This document shows, one piece after another, positions 29,787 to 38,407 of a DNA stretch of 64,000 nt (positions are counted from its first letter, which is position 1; each line of letters opens with the position of its first letter). Location of the stretch: positions 21,003 through 85,002 of the forward strand of contig CAZJPV010000003.1 in the NCBI GenBank assembly GCA_964547985.1, read 5' to 3'. A model generated the notes under the pieces. That model was given only the letters and a program-made list of their open reading frames with translations. It was not told the origin of the DNA and searched no databases. The position numbers and the translations under genes were made by a program. This stretch comes from an uncultured Syntrophaceae bacterium. GTDB lineage: Bacteria > Desulfobacterota > Syntrophia > Syntrophales > UBA2192.

Positions 29787-29980
29787 ATCAACCCCCCTCT
29801 TTTCGGATTGGATTCGAAGATAGTGGAAAATTTGTAATAGAATGACGGAAAAAAATCAAAGAAAACTTGGACACCCCTCCGGAAGCTTTTCTTGCCAAGG
29901 GCGGCGCAAAGGTGCTAGAGTCCCCACAGAAGGTGAAAGCCTTCGGGTGTTTCGAAATCCGGACGGGGAGGTCAAAGAAG

Positions 29981-30412
29981 ATGCTTGAGAAGATGAAAGC
30001 CCTGGCGAAGGAAAAGGACACCTGCGTACTGGCAACGGTTTCGGGTGTCGAGCCCCATTGCTCGCTCATGTCCTACGCCACCGACGATGACTGCCGCGAA
30101 ATATACATGATGACTCACAAGCAGACCAAGAAGTATCGCAACCTCCTCCAGAACGAAAAGGTTAGCCTTTTGATTGATACCCGCGAGGAGGCCGGTGGGC
30201 GGGAGGTAACGAAGGCCCTTACCATAAACGGCGTTTTTCACAGGATCCAGGGGGAAGCCAAAAGGAAAGAGGCCTTTGCCCGAATCCTGCAGAAACATCC
30301 CCACCTTAAAAAGTTCGCGGACAGCCCGGATGCGGAAGTCTTCGCTGTGAGGATCAAGTCTTTTCAGCTTCTGGAGGGAATCAGCGACTCTTCATTTATT
30401 GCGATGGATTAG
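29981..30412 (+). CDS. pyridoxamine 5'-phosphate oxidase-family (FMN-binding split-barrel) protein
   Basis: I prefer ATG 29981 (MLEKMKALAKEKDTCVLATV...), which has a GGGGAGG RBS. 143 aa. The CVLATV...P....M pattern is typical of the family. Confidence 0.7.
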   Translation: MLEKMKALAKEKDTCVLATVSGVEPHCSLMSYATDDDCREIYMMTHKQTKKYRNLLQNEKVSLLIDTREEAGGREVTKALTINGVFHRIQGEAKRKEAFARILQKHPHLKKFADSPDAEVFAVRIKSFQLLEGISDSSFIAMD

Positions 30413-30424
30413 GACGGCCTGCCT

Positions 30425-30922
30425 TCAGGGGAGGTTCATCCGCCAGATATAGAAATTGAGAACTCCGGCATAGGCCACCCAGACGAGCGTCGGGAGCATG
30501 AGAAGTCCGGACAGACGGTTGACCTGCCAGAAGGCGATCGTCGTGGCCAGGATCGCGAGCCAAAGGACGACGATCTCCACAAAGGCGAACATGGGCGCGC
30601 GAAGGCCGAAGAAGAGGTAGGACCACAGCACGTTCAGCAGGAGCTGGACGACAAAGAAGGTGATCGGAAGCTTCGTCCGGAAAAGCCCCCCCTGCCGCCA
30701 TACGAGCCAGACGGCAACCCCCATCAACGTGTAGAGAACAAACCACACAGGGCCGAACACCCAGTTCGGTGGCGTCCATTCGGGCTTCAGAAGATTCGCG
30801 TACCAGACAGGAAGCCCCGGGTGGGTAAAGTAGGAACCGGCCAGCATGGCCGCAAAGCAAAGTCCCATCCAAACGGTCAGGTCGATATAGGGTCTGAAGA
30901 GGGTTATCAGTCGCTCGAACAA
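30425..30922 (-). CDS. tspO: TspO/MBR tryptophan-rich sensory protein
   Basis: 165 aa with five TM segments. KP.W.PP..VFGPVW..LY..MG.A.W motif. Confidence 0.9.
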   Translation of the reverse strand: MFERLITLFRPYIDLTVWMGLCFAAMLAGSYFTHPGLPVWYANLLKPEWTPPNWVFGPVWFVLYTLMGVAVWLVWRQGGLFRTKLPITFFVVQLLLNVLWSYLFFGLRAPMFAFVEIVVLWLAILATTIAFWQVNRLSGLLMLPTLVWVAYAGVLNFYIWRMNLP

Positions 30923-30937
30923 ATTTGCACCTCAATA

Positions 30938-31678
30938 TCAAAGGGATGATCTCAGCCTGGCGAGGGAGTGTTCGCCTTCCTTCCTGATGTGGTCGGGCAG
31001 GTCGCTCGAGAGGACCTTTTCCAGGAGACCCTCGCTCCAGGGCGCGCGCAGAGAACCCGCGGTCCGGATGGCGAGAGCCTCTTTGAGGGGTTTTGGGGGA
31101 TAAACCCTCGCGACCGCTTTGCTCTCCGGGTAAAAGAACTGGATGTAACCCTTCCGGATGCTGCGGCCATAGACGTTGATGGTGACGGCCACGTCATTAC
31201 TTTCGTTTTCCATGCGGTGGATCCCTTTGTTCAGGGGAAGAACGCTGGTAAACTCTCCCGGCTGAAGGACGGTCGAGGATGTTTCCTCCAGTTCGGCATA
31301 ACCCTCCCTTTTACCGTCGTCCAGGCGCTTGTATTTCCTTTCCCGGATAAGCCTTGTGAAACTCCCTATAATTCCCCAGGAGCCGTGATCATGGACGGTG
31401 TCGGCAAGATAAGGCCCCCAGATATAGCAGATGACCTGGAAAGACCTGTCGGGGCTTCTGTGGAGGGTGATCTCGTTGGGCCATATGCCGGCCTTCTGGC
31501 TTTCGCTGAACGCCCGGTCGAAGAGGACCTTCTGCAGGATGTCGCCGAACCAGTCCTTTTGGTGCATCAATTCTCTCAGCATCGAGCCTCCGGAATCGAT
31601 CAGCCGGGCCATGTCGGGCTTCTCCCCGAGGAAGGCATGGAATTGCTGACAGAACTGATCGAGATTTGATATCGCCAT
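30938..31678 (-). CDS. cupin-fold metalloprotein, cysteine-dioxygenase-like
   Basis: 246 aa. IWGPYLADTVHDHGSWGIIG ... GIHRMEN resembles the CDO-type cupin His motifs. The assignment is tentative. Confidence 0.55.
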   Translation of the reverse strand: MAISNLDQFCQQFHAFLGEKPDMARLIDSGGSMLRELMHQKDWFGDILQKVLFDRAFSESQKAGIWPNEITLHRSPDRSFQVICYIWGPYLADTVHDHGSWGIIGSFTRLIRERKYKRLDDGKREGYAELEETSSTVLQPGEFTSVLPLNKGIHRMENESNDVAVTINVYGRSIRKGYIQFFYPESKAVARVYPPKPLKEALAIRTAGSLRAPWSEGLLEKVLSSDLPDHIRKEGEHSLARLRSSL

Positions 31679-31681
31679 GCT

Positions 31682-32590
31682 CTATGCCTCCTTCTTCTTA
31701 ACAGAATCCCTGTCGCTTTCGGAGCCGGAAACACCGTACTTCCGGATGTGGCTCCAGGCTTTGTAATCGGGGTCTTCCGGGTTTGCGGCCAGTGCCTCCG
31801 CTTCCCGGAGGTATTTCTTGCGAAGCCCCTTGCTTTTGTAGAGTGACCGATCCTTTCCGATGGGGCAAACCTTGGTGCATATCCCGCATGGGTAGCACCG
31901 TCGCCGGGTCAGTTCCTCGGCCATCTCCAGGCAGGCCATCTTGTCGTAGTCCCCGATCACGTGATCCTCTTTCATCGTGAGGGCCTTCTTCGGGCAGCAC
32001 AGGGCGCAGAGTTCGCACTTGATACAGAGGTCTTTCTCAACCAGCGGATCCGGCGGGATGACGACGGAGGTGAAAACGGAGACAAAACGGACCCGGGGCC
32101 CGAATTCCGGTGTCAGCAGGCAGTGGCTCACACCGATGGTCCCGAGGCCGGCGTATTTCGCGGCCATGACGTGGCTGAACGCGGCCATGGGTTTTTCCCT
32201 CAGGGCCTTGAGGTTGGCGTAGACGTCACGGCCGAAAAAAAAGGAGGCGAACCCCATCCGGTTGAGATGCCGGGTCAGATCATAGGCCAGCGTATCCAGC
32301 TTCCGGTTGGCCGTCCGGTAGAGTTCCTTGTGAAGAACGGAGGGTGTCGTCTCGACGATTGGAAGCGGCATTTCGATTCCGATGACGATGACCGTCCGGG
32401 CCGGCGGCCAGAGCGCCCGGGGCCAGAAATCCGGGGGGACTTCCCCGGCCTCATCCCAGCGCTCCACGGGGGCGAAACCGACGAGGTCCGCCCCGTGTTC
32501 CTTGCAGAACGAGATGACATGGTCTTTGAGCTTCTGGCCTATCAGGGCTCTGCCGGCCGTTGATCCCATAGGGCCCTTTTTATAACCCAT
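31682..32590 (-). CDS. 4Fe-4S dicluster protein, QueG/reductive-dehalogenase-related (second paralog in the window)
   Basis: 302 aa. CIKCELCALCCP and CGICTKVCP. The N-terminal ADLVGFAPVERW is similar in style to 17390..18097. Confidence 0.7.
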   Translation of the reverse strand: MGYKKGPMGSTAGRALIGQKLKDHVISFCKEHGADLVGFAPVERWDEAGEVPPDFWPRALWPPARTVIVIGIEMPLPIVETTPSVLHKELYRTANRKLDTLAYDLTRHLNRMGFASFFFGRDVYANLKALREKPMAAFSHVMAAKYAGLGTIGVSHCLLTPEFGPRVRFVSVFTSVVIPPDPLVEKDLCIKCELCALCCPKKALTMKEDHVIGDYDKMACLEMAEELTRRRCYPCGICTKVCPIGKDRSLYKSKGLRKKYLREAEALAANPEDPDYKAWSHIRKYGVSGSESDRDSVKKKEA

Positions 32591-32818
32591 TTTAAAATGA
32601 ATGTAAAACCCTATGGACCTGTATTTGCAGGGGACGATATCTCACGGCAGCGCAGCTCGATCGCGGAGGTTTTTTATCGTGCAACCAATTGACGATAACC
32701 ATCTGATATTATTCAAATAATAAAATTATGCTTGATTTTCACTGCAGAGTCATAATAAAGTCGAAGCGATTTTCGTCCGATGATACCCTAAGGATTCCCA
32801 GAACAGGAGGAGGGGCTG

Positions 32819-33448
32819 ATGAATTCTTATATGAACTATCTTGATCTTCTCCGGATGGAAATAAGCCGCCGTTCCTTCATGAAGTTCGGGGCTGCTGCGG
32901 CTGTTCTCATGATGACCCCCCGCCTTGTCTCTGCCAGCATCTCTCCGGATGCCCCCCAGGCGGCGCCGGCGGATGCCGAGCCGGACTCCATCCCTGACTC
33001 CGCCCCCGAGAGGATACTTTCGTTCTATAATACCCGCACGGGCGAGGAGTGGAGCAGGGTCTACTGGTGCCAGGGAGATTATGTGCCCGAGGCGCTGGAG
33101 GAGATCAATTACCTCCTTCGGGATCACCGCACGAATGAGGTCAGGGAGGTCGACCCGCGACTCCTGGACCTTCTTTACGATCTCAACGAAAAACTCAACT
33201 CGCGCGGGCCCTTCCACGTCGTTTCGGCCTACCGTTCCCCGGAGACAAATGCCCTTCTTCGCAGGCGGAGCCGAAGGGTCGCCCGGAACAGTCTTCACAT
33301 GGAGGGTATGGCTGTTGACATCAGGCTGCCGGATCGAAGCATGCGGCAGCTTGCAAGGGCGGCGCTCTCCCTGCAGTCCGGCGGCGTCGGGTATTACCCC
33401 AGGAGGCATTTTGTCCACGTCGATACCGGCAAGGTTCGCCGGTGGTAG
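32819..33448 (+). CDS. Tat-exported DUF882 / peptidase M15A protein (YcbK/MepK-like)
   Basis: 209 aa. Twin-arginine motif SRRSFMKFG. SAYRSPE.N and H..G.A.D zinc-ligand motifs. It is divergent from the LdtD-like gene, as in E. coli ycbB-ycbK. Confidence 0.85.
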   Translation: MNSYMNYLDLLRMEISRRSFMKFGAAAAVLMMTPRLVSASISPDAPQAAPADAEPDSIPDSAPERILSFYNTRTGEEWSRVYWCQGDYVPEALEEINYLLRDHRTNEVREVDPRLLDLLYDLNEKLNSRGPFHVVSAYRSPETNALLRRRSRRVARNSLHMEGMAVDIRLPDRSMRQLARAALSLQSGGVGYYPRRHFVHVDTGKVRRW

Positions 33449-33452
33449 TGCT

Positions 33453-35129
33453 TCAAGGGGTCAGCGTCACCGTCTTCAAAGCTTTCGTCAGGTCTTCATC
33501 CCTTTCGTAGATGTCATCCCGGAAGTTTACGGTTCCATCCTCATCCGCCCAGGCCGTCCAGTAGAGAATGTGCACGGCAATGGGTTCGGGCAGCATGACG
33601 ACCCTGTTTTTTTTCAATGCGATTGCTGCCTCGATGCCATCCCTTGTCCACTCCGGATCATCCCGGAGGACGTACTCGGCAAACTCGAGAGGTTTTTCGA
33701 TCCGGATGCAGCCGTGGCTGAACTCCCGACGCGTTCGTTCGAAGAGGGCCGGTTCGGATGTGTCATGCAGGTAGACACCGTATTTGTTCGGAAACATGAA
33801 CTTGATCCGGCCGAGAGGATTCTTGGGGCCCGGTTCCTGCCGCAGGCGGTAGGGGAAGTTGTCCTCCGAGAGCTCATGCCAGCTGATCTCCCCGGGATTG
33901 ACGAACTCGTAACGCTTTGTGTCAATATCCCGTAAAACCTTCATCTGCTCCTTTTTCAGGTAACCGACATTCTTCTGAATTTTCGGCAGGAGCTCCTCCG
34001 TTGCGATGCTTGCCGGGACATTCCAGTATGGGTTTATCTCCACGTAGGTCATCTTTCCGCTGAAGACGGGGGTTCGCTTATAGTTCTTCCCCACGACGAC
34101 CTTCATCGGCAGGACGATCTTGTCATTTTCGACAACCTCGAGGCCGAAGCTAGCGATATTGACCAGAATGTGCCTCTGGCCGAGTTCGGCAGGAAGCCAT
34201 CGCCATCGTTCCAAATTGAGTTCGATCTGACGGATTCGTGTTTCTATGGGCGTGTTCAGCGTCCGCCTCGTTTGGCGGCCCACGGCGCCATCCGGTTCGA
34301 TCCCGTGGCGCCCTTGGAATTTTTTCACCCCCTCCTCCAGGGCGTCGTCAAAGCGTTCGTTTCCCGTGTTCTGTGAAGCGGCAAGATCACCGGTGAGCAA
34401 AAGCCTTTTCCGAAGGGTGATGACTCCCTCGGAGGGGTTGTCTTTTCTCAGGTTCTCCCCTTTGGGTAGAATCGGCCAGGTCTCTCCGGCGGCCATTCGA
34501 CGGTAATCGAGAAGGGCCTTTTTCAGCCTTTCGTATCCCGGATGTTTGGGAATGAGGCTTCTGAGGGTCTCCTCGACGCTGTTCGTTTCCAGGGCGACCT
34601 GCAGGACACTCGCGAGGTCCTCGTAACGTCTCCTGGCAAACCAGTCCTCGTGTATTTTTCCCGGGTCCACACGGCCGGAGACGATGTGGGATCCGCAAAG
34701 CAAAAAGGCATCGGTCATGAGCAGGTCGAAGTCGACCCGCAGGGAGGCCGGCGGCTTCTCGGCTTTGGCTTTTGCCTTGGCCATCTCCGACTGGAGGTAT
34801 TCGAGGATGTCGAGGTGATAATCTAGGGGGTTCAGGGCTTCCTTGTCCACTTCGCGGATGAATTTTATAAGGGCGCCTGCCTGGGGAAGAAGGGTCTCCT
34901 CGCTGGACCAGGCGAGCCTGTATTCCCGGCTGGCGTAGAATTTGGGAAGGATCCTTGATGAGCAAATGACCCGCCCCGCGCATGAAATCCTGGCGGCAGA
35001 AGACCTCTCAAGATGTTTCCGCAGCAGTGCGGAGGCAATATCGGAGCGATATTCCGTGCCCTGTGCTTCCGGCAGGATCGAGAGGACCATGAGGAGAGAG
35101 AGCGTGACCGTCAGCAGGATTTTTTTCAT
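33453..35129 (-). CDS. L,D-transpeptidase, YcbB/LdtD family
   Basis: 558 aa with a signal peptide, a PG-binding repeat (VKKFQGRHGIEPDGAVG) and the YkuD catalytic motif SHGCIRI. Confidence 0.9.
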   Translation of the reverse strand: MKKILLTVTLSLLMVLSILPEAQGTEYRSDIASALLRKHLERSSAARISCAGRVICSSRILPKFYASREYRLAWSSEETLLPQAGALIKFIREVDKEALNPLDYHLDILEYLQSEMAKAKAKAEKPPASLRVDFDLLMTDAFLLCGSHIVSGRVDPGKIHEDWFARRRYEDLASVLQVALETNSVEETLRSLIPKHPGYERLKKALLDYRRMAAGETWPILPKGENLRKDNPSEGVITLRKRLLLTGDLAASQNTGNERFDDALEEGVKKFQGRHGIEPDGAVGRQTRRTLNTPIETRIRQIELNLERWRWLPAELGQRHILVNIASFGLEVVENDKIVLPMKVVVGKNYKRTPVFSGKMTYVEINPYWNVPASIATEELLPKIQKNVGYLKKEQMKVLRDIDTKRYEFVNPGEISWHELSEDNFPYRLRQEPGPKNPLGRIKFMFPNKYGVYLHDTSEPALFERTRREFSHGCIRIEKPLEFAEYVLRDDPEWTRDGIEAAIALKKNRVVMLPEPIAVHILYWTAWADEDGTVNFRDDIYERDEDLTKALKTVTLTP

Positions 35130-35152
35130 CGTCTATTCCGGATAATCGGGTA

Positions 35153-36562
35153 TCAGGGTTTCTTGGCGACAGGGGTTTCCGATGTCTTCAGGGCGTTTAC
35201 CTTCCTGACGTAGGCCCTGATATCGAATTTCCGCTCCAGGCCGGCGGCGTTCATGTAGCGGACCTTGCCGAATATTTTTCTTTCCGTCCAGGGCCTGTCG
35301 TGCTTGCCGAAACACCAGGCCACGCCGGCAAAGCCGTTGGGGTCCCTCCCGTCGAGCTCGTAGCGGTTGTTCAGGTAAAGGGCGACGCGAAAGGCCTCTT
35401 CGGGCGTGGTCGTCCACTCCAGGATTTTCTTTCCCCAGTACATGCGCATGTAGTTGTGCATCTTGCCGGTCAAAACCATCTCTTCCTGGGCGGCGTTCCA
35501 GTAAGGGTCGTGCGTCCGGGCCTTCTCCAGGTCGGAACGGCTGTAGGTATATTCCCGCCGGTCTTTGCCGTGCTCCTTCAGGGTCCTTCGGGCCCAGTCG
35601 GGGAGAGCATCCGTGGAGTCATAGCGGGGGTTGAAGTGAACGAAGTTCATGCTGAGTTCACGCCTCACAACAAGTTCCTCGAGGTAAGCGCTTTTGATTT
35701 CCTCGGAGACCCCCTTCTTCTCCCGGACCTTCAGTGCAACATAGAGCGGGGATACCTGGCCGAAGTGGAGATAAGGGCTCATGTGCGATGAAAAGTCAAG
35801 TGCCGGATCGTTTCGCCTGTCCCTGTAGTATTTTAGTTTCTGCTCGATGAAATCGCCCAGGATCGTCTTTGCTCTGGCCGTGCCTCCCCGAAAGGTTCTT
35901 ACAGGCGGGACCGTCTTCTCTATGGGAAAGCTTTGCAGAATCTCTCCGGGGTCATCTATCGGCAACCCACCAAGGCGCATGGAAAGCGAGTCCTTCCCGA
36001 CGGGGGATTCCCTGACGGGTAGAAGATATGAATCGAGGAGCCTCTGGATCTTCGGACGCAGGGTCGCGGCGGCATATTCTTCTTTCGCGGAGGCAACCTC
36101 CACCGGGACGATGACATCGGATTCCACTTGGATGACGGGACAGGGGGCGCAACTTGCCACGTGCTCTCTCCAGGCCTTCTGGATGCGGAGGTAGCCCCGG
36201 TCCGTCACGACCAGGGCCGCTTCCTTTGCCATGTCGCAGGCGGCCTTCTCCGGCGACTGGCGGCGAAGGACGAGCTGGATCCCCCTTTTTTTCAGCGAGG
36301 CCTCGACGTCTTTCAACCCCTCCAGCATGAAGGTGTAGTGCCCCAGGTTCGCCTCGGGGAAGGCGTCGGTGATCCCGAAGAGAACGACTGGGGGAAGGCG
36401 GTGTTCATTTGCCAGGGAGACGGCATACTCCAGGGCATGGTTGTATTCCGCCCGCTGGGAAGCCTGCATCCAGTAAAGGACAAAACGGCCCTTCTGTGGC
36501 AATCGGTCGTTCAGCTGTCTTATGCGATCCGGCTGGATCAAGATGGTTACCCTGCGTGGCAT
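35153..36562 (-). CDS. phr: deoxyribodipyrimidine photolyase, class II type
   Basis: 469 aa. N-terminus FVLYWMQASQRAEYNHALEYA. The FAD-binding C-terminal half has GKMHNYMRMYWGKKILEW. Confidence 0.9.
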   Translation of the reverse strand: MPRRVTILIQPDRIRQLNDRLPQKGRFVLYWMQASQRAEYNHALEYAVSLANEHRLPPVVLFGITDAFPEANLGHYTFMLEGLKDVEASLKKRGIQLVLRRQSPEKAACDMAKEAALVVTDRGYLRIQKAWREHVASCAPCPVIQVESDVIVPVEVASAKEEYAAATLRPKIQRLLDSYLLPVRESPVGKDSLSMRLGGLPIDDPGEILQSFPIEKTVPPVRTFRGGTARAKTILGDFIEQKLKYYRDRRNDPALDFSSHMSPYLHFGQVSPLYVALKVREKKGVSEEIKSAYLEELVVRRELSMNFVHFNPRYDSTDALPDWARRTLKEHGKDRREYTYSRSDLEKARTHDPYWNAAQEEMVLTGKMHNYMRMYWGKKILEWTTTPEEAFRVALYLNNRYELDGRDPNGFAGVAWCFGKHDRPWTERKIFGKVRYMNAAGLERKFDIRAYVRKVNALKTSETPVAKKP

Positions 36563-36565
36563 GAA

Positions 36566-37141
36566 TCAATCCATGTAAACAGTCTTTTCCTTGAAGTCCT
36601 TCCGCTTTGCGGGGGTCGGGCCGCCGGCAGCCTTCCCGATACAGACGAGGCCCACGGGATCCTTCCCTGGATCGAGCCCTAGGATTTTTCCGAGCCACCC
36701 CCCCTCGAAGAGGGTGAACCAGAGACTTCCCAACCCGAGGGCATGGGCCGCGAGCATCATGTTCTGGACAACGGCGGAGCAGGCTTCCAGATAACCCCGG
36801 CCGGTTCCCTCGTCGAGGAACATGTCGGCACCGCTTTTTTGGGGGTCGCCGATGACGGCGATGATGACGGGAGCCTCTTTGACGAAATCGATACGGTAGC
36901 TGTCCAGCCATTTCCAGCCGCTTCGCTCGAGTAGTTTCCGCTTCAACGGCTCAGCTTCCTTGATGATTTTATCCTTGACGGCCGCATTTCTGATCACAAT
37001 GAATTCCCAGGGCTGCTGATTGGCAGGTGAGGGCGCCCAGTTGCCGGCATCGAGGATCTGCTCGATAAGCCTTTCGTCGACCGCTTCCGGCAGGAATCTC
37101 CGGCAGCTTCTTCTTTCCTTCATCGCCGTGAAAACGTCCAT
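36566..37141 (-). CDS. nitroreductase family protein
   Basis: 191 aa. RRSCRRF, APSPANQQPW and ML.A.ALGLGS motifs. Confidence 0.85.
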   Translation of the reverse strand: MDVFTAMKERRSCRRFLPEAVDERLIEQILDAGNWAPSPANQQPWEFIVIRNAAVKDKIIKEAEPLKRKLLERSGWKWLDSYRIDFVKEAPVIIAVIGDPQKSGADMFLDEGTGRGYLEACSAVVQNMMLAAHALGLGSLWFTLFEGGWLGKILGLDPGKDPVGLVCIGKAAGGPTPAKRKDFKEKTVYMD

Positions 37142-37187
37142 GGTACCTCCTTGATGATTTTATTCAATTGTACGCGGCAGGATTCCT

Positions 37188-37583
37188 TCATTTCGTGAAA
37201 GACGCGCCCTTCATGAGGCTCTCCGCCACGGGGACATCAGCTCCGGCAAGATCATAGCATCCCAGCTCGGAGGGTGACACCCACCGGATCTCGTCGTGGT
37301 CGTTCAGCTTGAAATCCCCCGTGATGTATGTCGCCCTGTAGGCAAGAAGCTCAATCTTCAGATGAGGGTATTCATAGGGGCTCGAGAGGAGGAAATCCCC
37401 GATTTCAGCCTCGATGCCGAATTCCTCGTGAAGTTCTCTGCTCAGGCATTCCTCGGGGCTTTCATTTCCTTCCAGCTTGCCGCCGGGGAATTCCCAAAGC
37501 CCCTCCATGCGATCGCCTTTTTTCCTCCGGGCGATCAGAATTTTGCCGTCCCGCTCGATGACGGCGGCCGTCACGATCCGCAT
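37188..37583 (-). CDS. mutT: NUDIX hydrolase, MutT-like (8-oxo-dGTP diphosphatase type)
   Basis: 131 aa. NUDIX box GLWEFPGGKLEGNESPEECLSRELHEEFGI. Confidence 0.85.
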   Translation of the reverse strand: MRIVTAAVIERDGKILIARRKKGDRMEGLWEFPGGKLEGNESPEECLSRELHEEFGIEAEIGDFLLSSPYEYPHLKIELLAYRATYITGDFKLNDHDEIRWVSPSELGCYDLAGADVPVAESLMKGASFTK

Positions 37584-37747
37584 TTTGTCTACCCCTATGG
37601 AGGACTTGCATCAAAACGCCTCGAGCCTACCAATCTCCGCAGGGGTCGTCAAGTGCTTCGACGGCAGGATGAAAAGCCGGCTTGAATCCCCTCCCTCAAA
37701 TATGAAATAAGATCGTCCGTCCAGGATGAGTCAAAGGAGAGGCACCT

Positions 37748-38095
37748 TTGAATCGATCTGTGGACCGGGCCGTTAAAAAATGGCTCTGGGCGTTGCTCTA
37801 TCTTCTGAGCATCCTTCTCGGGAATGCTTTTGTCATCTGGTTCGGAATCATCACCATCGGGGGACTTTCCTTTCCAGCCGGCGTTTTCTGGATCGGCCTC
37901 ACCTTCTCATTTCGTGATGTCGTGCAGAGATACTGGGGCGACTGGGCCACATGGGTATGGATGATCGCGGCATCGATCATCACCTGCTTCCTCAACTGGC
38001 AGGTCACCCTCGCATCGGTATCGGCCTTCCTGGTGTCGGAAAGTGTGGACTGGTATGCCTACAGAGTCCTTCTTCTGGCATCCTTTTTTATGTAG
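37748..38095 (+). CDS. VUT-family (YhhQ/DUF165-like, queuosine-precursor transporter type) membrane protein, N-terminal half only; possibly truncated
   Basis: 115 aa with a TTG start. It aligns by eye to about the first 135 residues of E. coli YhhQ (..FP.G.F..GLTF..RDV...YG......ASV.AF.VSE..D...Y). The ORF ends at TAG and an AT-rich spacer follows. Confidence 0.5.
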   Translation: MNRSVDRAVKKWLWALLYLLSILLGNAFVIWFGIITIGGLSFPAGVFWIGLTFSFRDVVQRYWGDWATWVWMIAASIITCFLNWQVTLASVSAFLVSESVDWYAYRVLLLASFFM

Positions 38096-38104
38096 CCTTT
38101 TTCG

Positions 38105-38133
38105 TTGACTTTCTGCGGGCTTAATCTTATCAA
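38105..38133 (+). promoter_or_regulatory. sigma70-like promoter candidate
   Basis: TTGACT (38105-38110), a 17-nt spacer, then TATCAA (38128-38133). It lies about 60 nt upstream of small ORF 38193. Confidence 0.25.
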
Positions 38134-38192
38134 AGAAAAGGTTTTTTTAGAGTTTTCGACCGAATATTTTTCCTACCGGGCAGGTGATCTCC

Positions 38193-38363
38193 ATGGGCCT
38201 TTTCGATAGACTTGAGAGAGCACTCATCAAAAAGATGATGAAGAGTTCGGCAAAACAGCCCCTGATTGTTGTCCTGCTGGTCCTGTTCATATCAAGGAAA
38301 AAACCAAAGAAGAAAGAGCGAATCAGGAACGAGGCTTACTGGCGGCACACCGGCGGTCTATGA
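38193..38363 (+). CDS. small hypothetical membrane-anchored peptide (56 aa)
   Basis: MGLFDRLERALIKKMMKSSAKQPLIVVLLVLFISRKKPKKKERIRNEAYWRHTGGL*. It falls below the track cutoff and has no clear RBS. Confidence 0.25.
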   Translation: MGLFDRLERALIKKMMKSSAKQPLIVVLLVLFISRKKPKKKERIRNEAYWRHTGGL

Positions 38364-38407
38364 TCCGCTGAAATTGCCGTTTTATACCGGACAGACCACC
38401 CGGTGTG

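Noticed and set aside
30396-30941. 181-aa alternative-frame ORF over tspO.
   Set aside because: It is on the same strand as tspO but in a different frame and is Arg/Pro/Ala-rich. The TspO frame has the family motifs.
37584-37747. preQ1 riboswitch expected upstream of the VUT/YhhQ-like gene.
   Set aside because: I could not find the P1 hairpin plus A-rich tail consensus of preQ1-I, or the preQ1-II/III features. Only a CCCUCCCUCAAAUAUGAAAUAAG stretch vaguely resembles the tail.
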